Source of the DNA: a virus
Direction: 5' to 3' (one strand)
DNA: 64,000 bases
IMG/VR virus record: IMGVR_UViG_3300037245_003639
Shown here: in pieces, positions 7,716 to 14,466 of the stretch
How the letters are laid out: each line of letters starts with the position of its first letter
How positions within the stretch are numbered: the stretch's first letter is position 1
Program-made: the position numbers and the translations under genes
The notes under the pieces: generated by a model
What the model was told of the DNA's origin: nothing
Seen by the model: the letters and a program-made list of their open reading frames with translations, nothing else
The model's database searches: none

Positions 7716-7894
7716 TGCATGTACAAATAAGCGCAATCAATCCAGGTGCGCTCAAATTTCTTGTTCTGATCTTTCAATTTATGAGCTTCCCGTTTTGTTT
7801 TACATACGGCACGAATTACAGCATCGTGACTCACTAATTCATAAAGCACCCAAAATTTACTGCGAGTTTGCACAACCTTGGCAACCTTTGCCAT
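7709..7894 (-). CDS. Hypothetical protein. Corrected start at MAKVAKV.
   Basis: The ORF-track TTG start lies inside the motif. The ATG is at 7892-7894. Confidence 0.45.
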   Translation of the reverse strand: MAKVAKVVQTRSKFWVLYELVSHDAVIRAVCKTKREAHKLKDQNKKFERTWIDCAYLYMQN

Positions 7895-7928
7895 TTCAAT
7901 CTCCAAATATTTCTCTAATTGAAGAAGT
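7895..7928 (-). promoter_or_regulatory. Conserved promoter-like element b: GAGAAATATTTGGAGATTGAA-ATG
   Basis: Motif copy. Confidence 0.45.
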
Positions 7929-8283
7929 TCGTTGTTACATCAAGTAAGTTTGGAGCGACAAATGCACCACGATAAGAACTGTCGATTACTTCAAACAAAT
8001 GCAAATAACCTTTTTGCACTTGTAGCAGTTTGTCAATCTGATCTTCAAATACGGTATCAGTTATAGCATACGCAGGCACAAGAAAACATTCACCACAATC
8101 GATAATGTCAGGAGAACTTCGGTTAGCCATAACCACGACGCGCTTAGAATACCGATTAAAACAGATTGCTCTGTCTTGTGGCCACTTGTAATAGGATGCC
8201 TGGATAGTGTTATGGCTGGTTTTGATTGTTCCTATGGTATGCGTCCACCAGGCAATTGTTCTAACAGGCAACCAAATTATCAT
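7915..8283 (-). CDS. Hypothetical protein (122 aa)
   Basis: The RBS is AAAGGTGA. Confidence 0.45.
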   Translation of the reverse strand: MIIWLPVRTIAWWTHTIGTIKTSHNTIQASYYKWPQDRAICFNRYSKRVVVMANRSSPDIIDCGECFLVPAYAITDTVFEDQIDKLLQVQKGYLHLFEVIDSSYRGAFVAPNLLDVTTNFFN

Positions 8284-8474
8284 TGTTTATCACCTTTGAA
8301 ATACCGATACAATTCACCATCAGAAAATGTTCTCAACTCATCAGAATGATACAAACGAGGACGGATGGGTTCGGTCATCATGTAAACATATATGTTGTTT
8401 TCATAACGTGGATTGTTTTTAAGTTCATCACCAACTACTTGGTCATGTATGCGAGATGTTCTATTCTGTTTCAT
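8280..8474 (-). CDS. Hypothetical protein (64 aa)
   Basis: The ORF overlaps its neighbours by 4 nt. Confidence 0.4.
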   Translation of the reverse strand: MKQNRTSRIHDQVVGDELKNNPRYENNIYVYMMTEPIRPRLYHSDELRTFSDGELYRYFKGDKQ

Positions 8475-8989
8475 TGGTTGACTTCCAGAAGTGACAAAAT
8501 TTCATCCATTTTTATCTGCTTGATAATATCAGATGCTTCATCACGCATAGATAACTGAAGATCATAAACCTTCTTGTGCCAATCATAATGTATGTTAGGA
8601 CATTCATGCTCGTCCTGTTTTGTTGTTGGACTTCCAGCAGCAACATATTGCTTGTGAGAAACAGAACAACAACTACCCAAAACCTTGCGAACAACACTCC
8701 TGTTAACGTTCATCTTCGTATCACAAATGCCACAATAAACACTCTCATATTTATCCGGACTTGTTGATAGTTTGTCCTGAAAATGTGCATTAGGCTCTTT
8801 TGTCGAACGTTGAGGAAACATCTTCTGTTTGCCCGGGGGATAATAAGATCCTGGATTGGGAGCAAGCGGCAACTTGCCCGCATATACTCGTCTGTTGTTC
8901 TTATCCCTTATGACAACTTCAGCGTCACCAGCAGGATTTTCGTGAACTTGCACCAATTCAAAATCCGCGAATACTTCCTCATTCATCAT
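8471..8989 (-). CDS. Hypothetical protein (172 aa)
   Basis: The ORF is preceded by motif copy c. Confidence 0.5.
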   Translation of the reverse strand: MMNEEVFADFELVQVHENPAGDAEVVIRDKNNRRVYAGKLPLAPNPGSYYPPGKQKMFPQRSTKEPNAHFQDKLSTSPDKYESVYCGICDTKMNVNRSVVRKVLGSCCSVSHKQYVAAGSPTTKQDEHECPNIHYDWHKKVYDLQLSMRDEASDIIKQIKMDEILSLLEVNQ

Positions 8990-9272
8990 TCAAATCTCCA
9001 GATGCTTCTCTATCCGGTGAAAGTCTTCCGTTCTCTCTCTCGGATTCATAAAGTGAAAGCGCAACCTCTACCAACTTTTTCACCGCATTATCATATTCTT
9101 CGTTCATCCGAAGACCAGATCTCCAATTGTCCAAAGCGTGTTTCAAACTTCTTATATACAGATCATCTTGAAGAGGACAACCAGCACCAGTTGTACTCAT
9201 ATTCACTTTTTCGGCAATTGATAAGAGCCCTTCCATGTTATTAACACCAGGCCACCATTCAGGACGATACAT
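8979..9272 (-). CDS. Hypothetical protein. Corrected start at MYRPEWW.
   Basis: The ORF-track start is a TTG inside the motif. Confidence 0.45.
   Translation of the reverse strand: MYRPEWWPGVNNMEGLLSIAEKVNMSTTGAGCPLQDDLYIRSLKHALDNWRSGLRMNEEYDNAVKKLVEVALSLYESERENGRLSPDREASGDLNDE
8990..9030 (-). promoter_or_regulatory. Conserved promoter-like element c: CACCGGATAGAGAAGCATCTGGAGATTTGA-ATG
   Basis: Motif copy. Confidence 0.45.
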
Positions 9273-9318
9273 CTTCAATCTCCAAATACTTCGCTATGCG
9301 GTGAAAATCACTTTGTTC
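9273..9318 (-). promoter_or_regulatory. Conserved promoter-like element d, full consensus: TTCACCGCATAGCGAAGTATTTGGAGATTGAAG-ATG
   Basis: Motif copy. Confidence 0.5.
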
Positions 9319-9341
9319 AGCTTTATCTTCCATGTCGTTTT

Positions 9342-9683
9342 TTAGGGCAAAGGATCAACCATACCATGTTGACGCATAAATCTCCGACGTTCCATTTTAT
9401 CCTCAAATATTTTGTTCGGTGTTAACTCACGATCCCGTTTCTCAAGTTCCTCTTTAAGTGGAACTGTTTCTTCTTCTTCTTCTTCTTTTGCCCACTTTTT
9501 GCGGGCTTCTCTGGCTGTTTTCTCTCCCACTATGTTACATAGATAACCACCGCATGACCAACACTCCCATTCACAACATTCTTCAAGAGTGGGATCAACA
9601 ACGTTGACTTTCTCGCATTTAGAGCACACTTGAGATAATATATGCTTGTTATTTTCCGTTAACTTTTCGCCAATCTTTGTCAT
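9342..9683 (-). CDS. Zinc-ribbon protein with a Glu-rich tail. Corrected start at MTKIGEK.
   Basis: The sequence contains CSKCEK...CCEWECWSCGGYLC. The ATG is preceded by motif copy e. Confidence 0.5.
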   Translation of the reverse strand: MTKIGEKLTENNKHILSQVCSKCEKVNVVDPTLEECCEWECWSCGGYLCNIVGEKTAREARKKWAKEEEEEETVPLKEELEKRDRELTPNKIFEDKMERRRFMRQHGMVDPLP

Positions 9684-9915
9684 CTTCAATATCTCCAGAT
9701 ACATACTTGTCGCTATCGTCTTCTCTGGGTTCTGCCAGTCGAATGATTTCTTCCAAATGTTCAATTATAAATGGAGCAACAGTATACGTCTTCATGCCAC
9801 TTGAAAACATCCCTCCAAAATCATCCAAATCGTCTTTGTGTTCGCAAAGAAATCGCTCGATACGACCAATAGGATTGTTCTTAAATGTCACGGTTTTTAC
9901 TCGTCGCTCGGTCAT
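9649..9915 (-). CDS. Hypothetical protein. Corrected start at MTERRVKT.
   Basis: The ATG is preceded by motif copy f. Confidence 0.45.
   Translation of the reverse strand: MTERRVKTVTFKNNPIGRIERFLCEHKDDLDDFGGMFSSGMKTYTVAPFIIEHLEEIIRLAEPREDDSDKYVSGDIEDDKDWRKVNGK
9684..9722 (-). promoter_or_regulatory. Conserved promoter-like element e: CGATAGCGACAAGTATGTATCTGGAGATATTGAAG-ATG
   Basis: Motif copy. Confidence 0.45.
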
Positions 9916-9950
9916 CTTCAATCTCCAAATACTTCCGACAAACAAGCCCT
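9916..9950 (-). promoter_or_regulatory. Conserved promoter-like element f: GTCGGAAGTATTTGGAGATTGAAG-ATG
   Basis: Motif copy. Confidence 0.45.
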
Positions 9951-10524
9951 AAAATTTGTTGTCAGCTTTGGCAATTAGCTTGTCAAACGGAGCCAGTTTT
10001 TCTACAGGCACCGATAAACCTCTATGCCCTGTCCTGGGAATATTTCCAAGTTTACCATGCTTCTTTATAATCGATCCATTCGCAGAGCATATACCTGCAA
10101 TATGAACATGTGGTTCATTGGTTTCGTCCAAATGGACAAAGACCTGCATATAGCCAAACACGTTCGCTTTCTTTAGTTCTTCCTCTTTAACAAACAGATT
10201 CAGACCGCCTCTGAAAGGAGCATATTTGCTTGTTTTGATATTCCAAATAGTCGTCTTGCCAGAGATATCTATGTGGACATCCCCTTCATCCCCTTTACCA
10301 CAAACCAACTCCAACGAACAAATCTTCTTTGCTTTGCCAAGTTTATCAAAGACGATGAGACTACCCAACAAATCCAGAAAATCACCTTGCCCCCTAAACT
10401 GCTCTTCTATTTCGTTAAAACCGGATCTGCGTTGCTGAGGAACGAGGTTTTGATAGAAGTGCTCTGCAAAACTAAGCAAGGGCTGAGGGATGGCTATATA
10501 AAAGTCGTTTAATATTGCTTGCAT
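9949..10524 (-). CDS. Hypothetical protein (191 aa)
   Basis: The ATG lies immediately downstream of the 65-bp repeat with a TATAAT box. Confidence 0.5.
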   Translation of the reverse strand: MQAILNDFYIAIPQPLLSFAEHFYQNLVPQQRRSGFNEIEEQFRGQGDFLDLLGSLIVFDKLGKAKKICSLELVCGKGDEGDVHIDISGKTTIWNIKTSKYAPFRGGLNLFVKEEELKKANVFGYMQVFVHLDETNEPHVHIAGICSANGSIIKKHGKLGNIPRTGHRGLSVPVEKLAPFDKLIAKADNKF

Positions 10525-10528
10525 TTTT

Positions 10529-10595
10529 CATTATACACTGAGCTTGGCTTCAAGCTCGGCAATTTCAACCCATTATGAGAGACCACGCAGCATCT
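10529..10595 (-). repeat. 65-bp repeat, copy 1: hairpin GAGCTTG-AAGC-CAAGCTC followed by the -10 box AGTGTATAATG
   Basis: It is near-identical to 11967-12030. Its 3' part encodes the C-terminus AAWSLIMG of gene 10565..10783. Confidence 0.6.
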
Positions 10596-10783
10596 ATAAG
10601 TTCATCATCCCATGTCTCTACATATTCATAAGGCAATCCATGTTGAGCCGTCCGAGATGATATGACGTGAATCTGCAAATCTCGGAATTCTTCTTCAGAC
10701 ATGTCTACTGATTGGCCTGGAGCAACAGACCTATTATATAAGTTCATTTTTGTTGATTCGATGTTGGCGATTGTTGTGCTCAT
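10565..10783 (-). CDS. Hypothetical protein (72 aa)
   Basis: The ORF is preceded by motif copy g. Confidence 0.45.
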   Translation of the reverse strand: MSTTIANIESTKMNLYNRSVAPGQSVDMSEEEFRDLQIHVISSRTAQHGLPYEYVETWDDELIDAAWSLIMG

Positions 10784-10830
10784 TTCATCTCCAAATACTT
10801 CGCTATGCGGTGAAAATCACCCTTCTTGCA
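10784..10830 (-). promoter_or_regulatory. Conserved promoter-like element g: TTCACCGCATAGCGAAGTATTTGGAGATGAA-ATG
   Basis: Motif copy. Confidence 0.5.
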
Positions 10831-11026
10831 CCCACGAATTTGATACACCCATATAGTATATTCGTTCCAAAACGCGAGAAGCAAATCGACTGTCACATTT
10901 GGTACAAATCATCAATGGCTCACGCCCGCGATGTTTACCTCCATTCTCAAGATCTGCTAGGAACGCATTTTGGTTAGTTGTGCCACAATTCGGACATTCA
11001 AATTGGTAAACTCGTTTCTTACCCAT
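10817..11026 (-). CDS. Zinc-ribbon protein. Corrected start at MGKKRVY.
   Basis: The sequence contains CPNCG...CTKC. The ORF-track N-terminus is translated through motif copy h. Confidence 0.5.
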   Translation of the reverse strand: MGKKRVYQFECPNCGTTNQNAFLADLENGGKHRGREPLMICTKCDSRFASRVLERIYYMGVSNSWVQEG

Positions 11027-11072
11027 CTTTATCTCCAGATACTTTTCTATGCGGTGAAAGTCACCTATAGAT
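11027..11072 (-). promoter_or_regulatory. Conserved promoter-like element h: TTCACCGCATAGAAAAGTATCTGGAGATAAAG-ATG
   Basis: Motif copy. Confidence 0.5.
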
Positions 11073-11092
11073 TCAGGTTCTAATACTTGCAT

Positions 11093-11347
11093 TTACTTGA
11101 CCCAACTTAATGACCAACTGTCTCCAGGAGCACTATCAATACTGCCAAGCGGATGATGAAAATACAAAGGGTAGTCTTTCCCAAAACAACCGTTAGAACA
11201 GGTGCATTCTTTCCTTTGTGGGTGGTCAGCTTGGGCTGTGTGGTATTTCTCTATTTCCTCGTCACTCACAGCTTTCGTCCAGTCTATTTCTGGCGGTGGT
11301 GGCAAATCGTGGATTTCTAATTTATTTCCGCACACTGGACAGTACAT
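11093..11347 (-). CDS. Zinc-ribbon protein (84 aa)
   Basis: The sequence contains CPVCG ... CTCSNGC. The RBS is AAAGGTGAATC-ATG. Confidence 0.5.
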   Translation of the reverse strand: MYCPVCGNKLEIHDLPPPPEIDWTKAVSDEEIEKYHTAQADHPQRKECTCSNGCFGKDYPLYFHHPLGSIDSAPGDSWSLSWVK

Positions 11348-11374
11348 GATTCACCTTTACTTTCATGTTTTCTT

Positions 11375-11530
11375 TCAATCTGGCCATTTCATCAACTCGG
11401 GCAATGGGAGCGGCAACCATTCTCCGCTACATTTAGGACAACAGTGTTCATCTTTTTTTGAGGCGGGAATTTCTTCGCCGCAAAAAGGACATGTGAGAGT
11501 GACAAATTCGATGATGGTGATTTCAGTCAT
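11375..11530 (-). CDS. Micro-ORF (51 aa) encoding a zinc-ribbon protein that is missing from the ORF track
   Basis: The protein reads MTEITIIEFVTLTCPFCGEEIPASKKDEHCCPKCSGEWLPLPLPELMKWPD. Its ATG at 11530 overlaps the stop of the upstream gene (GATGACTGA), which suggests translational coupling. Confidence 0.45.
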   Translation of the reverse strand: MTEITIIEFVTLTCPFCGEEIPASKKDEHCCPKCSGEWLPLPLPELMKWPD

Positions 11531-11948
11531 CAATCATTCCCCATCCACCTTTGCGAGGCGGTGGACGACGTTCCACTTTTTTATCGTTAACAATACAAGA
11601 ACCATCTTTACTCAATTGGAGGCTCCCACTTAATCGCCCGTTGGCCAAATCAACCCACATGGTTTCTTCGACCTTCCCTGCATGAGTGGTGTCGTCTGTA
11701 TCCGAAATACAAGGGAATGCATACTTGAGTTTGTCCGCCAATGCTATCGTAAAATCTATTTCCCCCGATAAAAGCCCCTCCAGGGTATCCATGCTAATTC
11801 CAGCGTTTTCGCAAACTTGTTCGTTCGAAAGTTTAAAGAGTTTTATGTGCCCCAACAGTGTATCAGATACAGTTTTGCATTTCAGAGCATCTATATCTCG
11901 ATTTTCTATCCACTCCATGTTTTTCATATCATCTTCTATTAGATCCAT
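11523..11948 (-). CDS. Hypothetical protein (141 aa)
   Basis: CTCAGTGTATAATGAATCTGGAGATATGAGAC-ATG lies upstream, giving a -10 box plus an RBS. Confidence 0.5.
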   Translation of the reverse strand: MDLIEDDMKNMEWIENRDIDALKCKTVSDTLLGHIKLFKLSNEQVCENAGISMDTLEGLLSGEIDFTIALADKLKYAFPCISDTDDTTHAGKVEETMWVDLANGRLSGSLQLSKDGSCIVNDKKVERRPPPRKGGWGMIDD

Positions 11949-11966
11949 GTCTCATATCTCCAGATT

Positions 11967-12030
11967 CATTATACACTGAGTTTGGCTTCAAGCTCGGCAA
12001 TACTCAACCCATTATGAGAGACCACGCAGC
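11967..12030 (-). repeat. 65-bp repeat, copy 2: hairpin plus AGTGTATAATG. It carries a 27-aa gene-fragment paralog ending AAWSLIMG.
   Basis: About 90% identical to copy 1. Confidence 0.6.
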
Positions 12031-12121
12031 GACGATGGGCTCATATTTGTCACAATCACATTTCCAGATCCAATGTTGAGCATTCATATAGTTCTCGCCA
12101 ACGAGTACAATCCAAGATGAC

Positions 12122-13306
12122 TCAAAAATCACCCAAATCCAACCCTAGCTCTTTTAGTTCGTTAAAAATCCTTGCAGAATTTACATATGACTGAGTGTAA
12201 TTTGGCTCAGTGGCAATAGTTAGCAATTTGGATTGACGAAGTAAAAAATTGAGTAATGAGAAATCGTTCTTCTGGAATTGTCGAGAGAAATCTTCCTTAT
12301 CCCAGATTCTTGGATCAAAACCATCAATATCATGAACAGCAAAATCCAAATCAATATCAAACCACACAGGTACATCCCAATTTTGCAAAAGACCATGATC
12401 TTTTATAGCATTCTGGTCTAAATTTAATAATTCCCTTATTTCTTCCAATCTCTCATCTTCAGAGAGATCAGAGTGAAAATTTTCAAACAATCCCAAATAA
12501 TAATGAGGGACAGATCCATGTCTCTCTTTTTGTGGATAATTACCCTCGGCTGGGCAATCGGCAAAGAAGGTTATAACGCCTTTCACCATACCCATTTTTG
12601 CTGCCACATAAACCCATGAATCATCTAAAGGGGCTAATTTATTAGCAAATGAGAGGCATTCATCAACATCAGTTATATCATTCATTCCAAATGATCCAAG
12701 TGAATCATAATAATGATCAGGACAGGCATCATTATGTTTGTCAAATCGAATCAACACTGGTGGAGATGTAAATATTCCATCTTTGAATGCAGCCCATATT
12801 GCAGGAATCACCGCCCGATGATCTTCAATGAAAACATCCGTTCTTCCATCTATAGGATAACCTCTATTCACTCTGAAATTCATGCTTTGGTCAAGCCTGT
12901 CCATGTGACAATAACAATCACGATAAGAACTTTTGTCCAATTCAAGAATACCCGACAAGATGGAAACGAAATCGTCAATTTCCTCATCTGAGATACCGCC
13001 TGATTGTCCATCCATATCAAACCAGGCTAACTCAAAAACAACAACCGCGTTTCTGTTATAAATGCTAAACCCAATTATGTTCCCGCGTTTATTTTTAGCC
13101 TTATGAACATCTATGGCCCTCGAAATAGATTCCAAAGCATCCCAGGCGTCATCAGTGGGATTCACAACAAAATTAACATAAAATGCCCCATGCTCAACAT
13201 GCTCAGTATCAGGCTTTTTGTGACCACCGCATGAAGATGCTACCCGAACATCCGGAATTGAATTGAGCACCTCAATGAGTTTTTTAACTCTCTTTTCGAT
13301 CATCAA
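12122..13306 (-). CDS. Hypothetical protein (394 aa)
   Basis: This is a long ORF. It overlaps the LAGLIDADG gene by 4 nt (ATGA). Confidence 0.55.
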   Translation of the reverse strand: MMIEKRVKKLIEVLNSIPDVRVASSCGGHKKPDTEHVEHGAFYVNFVVNPTDDAWDALESISRAIDVHKAKNKRGNIIGFSIYNRNAVVVFELAWFDMDGQSGGISDEEIDDFVSILSGILELDKSSYRDCYCHMDRLDQSMNFRVNRGYPIDGRTDVFIEDHRAVIPAIWAAFKDGIFTSPPVLIRFDKHNDACPDHYYDSLGSFGMNDITDVDECLSFANKLAPLDDSWVYVAAKMGMVKGVITFFADCPAEGNYPQKERHGSVPHYYLGLFENFHSDLSEDERLEEIRELLNLDQNAIKDHGLLQNWDVPVWFDIDLDFAVHDIDGFDPRIWDKEDFSRQFQKNDFSLLNFLLRQSKLLTIATEPNYTQSYVNSARIFNELKELGLDLGDF

Positions 13307-14295
13307 TATAAGTCTCCAGCCATGATCAGTTTCTTTGCACTCTCAATATGCTCAGGCATCATCCTCGGCCTACCTTTAGCACTCGCTCGATAACACCCCA
13401 GCCGACCCGTCTTCACCAGATGACTTAATCTATTATACTGGACGCCAAGCTCATCAGCGACCTCTCGCAGGCGCTTAGCCTCAAATCTCCACTCTGGCAG
13501 GTCGAACTTATAGTCATAACATTTGATGGGAGATTGGCGACCTATAAAATCGAAGAAGGCAGGAATGCCTTTGGCTTTTATCCAGATGCGGTTGTCGTTA
13601 TTACGGTGACAGGCGATACCTTTCTCTCTCAGCTTTTCCGCGAGAAATTCGACATTCTCAGGTGTGAAACCATCAGTTGAAAGGCGGACAACGATAGCAT
13701 CACCAGTCTGAACCAGAGACCCATCACCGAGATACCACATCATAACTGACTTGGGGGTTATGCGCACATCTTCAGGAGGTTGCTTCTTGCCTCCGTCCGG
13801 ATACCAACGAAGATACTGTTTATGGAAATCAGGGTGCGTCTTCGTTTGCCCATTCCACCGAAACCCTGATTTCATACTTTGATCTCTATATTGTGCGGTT
13901 TTTGGCTTGTATCGATGGAAGGGAGTCATCATGTGGTAACAGAAGCCTTCGTGTTCTAAGCCGCATGTAAGCCTTGCGACTTCGGTTTTGCTTCTACTGT
14001 CTGTTGAGATACATCCATCTCCTAAAAGGAATCCATCTAACGCTTCGACGGTGGGTTCCGTCATGTATGAGATCTCATAATCCAGAGGATCAGGATCTCT
14101 TTCTCGTTTGGCTTCAGATCTTGTCCTCCCTATTCCATGTTTCTTAGCATACTTGAATAAAGTTCCGATTGAAATGTCTATACTTTGTTCAAGAAGCATC
14201 GCTCGGATCTTAGGATAAGACATCCTCGCTTCAACATAGTGAGTGACAAAAAACTCTTCAGTCAACAGATCAGAATAATGCGGTTGCTCTCTCAT
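13303..14295 (-). CDS. LAGLIDADG homing endonuclease with two motifs
   Basis: The motifs GFLLGDGCIS and MWYLGDGSLV are two LAGLIDADG-like dodecapeptides. The RBS is AAGGAGAT-CGAAA-ATG. Confidence 0.75.
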   Translation of the reverse strand: MREQPHYSDLLTEEFFVTHYVEARMSYPKIRAMLLEQSIDISIGTLFKYAKKHGIGRTRSEAKRERDPDPLDYEISYMTEPTVEALDGFLLGDGCISTDSRSKTEVARLTCGLEHEGFCYHMMTPFHRYKPKTAQYRDQSMKSGFRWNGQTKTHPDFHKQYLRWYPDGGKKQPPEDVRITPKSVMMWYLGDGSLVQTGDAIVVRLSTDGFTPENVEFLAEKLREKGIACHRNNDNRIWIKAKGIPAFFDFIGRQSPIKCYDYKFDLPEWRFEAKRLREVADELGVQYNRLSHLVKTGRLGCYRASAKGRPRMMPEHIESAKKLIMAGDLY

Positions 14296-14384
14296 TTTCG
14301 ATCTCCTTCGGTAGCATTATACACTTCTCGCTACAAGGTTACCGAAATCTCACTATAATTTTCGTCGCTTTTCATTTTCCACAA

Positions 14385-14424
14385 ATGAACATAAAGAAAG
14401 GAGCGACCCTTTCGGGCCGCTCCC
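14385..14424 (-). terminator. Rho-independent terminator after the capsid gene
   Basis: A GC-rich hairpin, GGAGCGGCCC-GAAA-GGGTCGCTCC, has 9 of 10 bp paired. On the minus strand it is followed by the U-rich tract CTTTCTTTATGTT. Confidence 0.55.
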
Positions 14425-14466
14425 TTGAATCTACTGAGTTGTCACGTAAGTCCTTATACTACAGGA

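Noticed and set aside
10529-12030. The 65-bp repeats as tRNA genes, attachment sites or a CRISPR array
   Set aside because: There is no cloverleaf potential and no T-loop GTTCGA-like box. There are only two or three copies at irregular spacing. No integrase is present in the window.
14296-14466. tRNA genes in the intergenic gaps (14296-14466, 58782-59024, 2831-2973, 21611-21700)
   Set aside because: By eye I found no GTTCRANYC T-loop or acceptor-stem pairing. I could not run tRNAscan.
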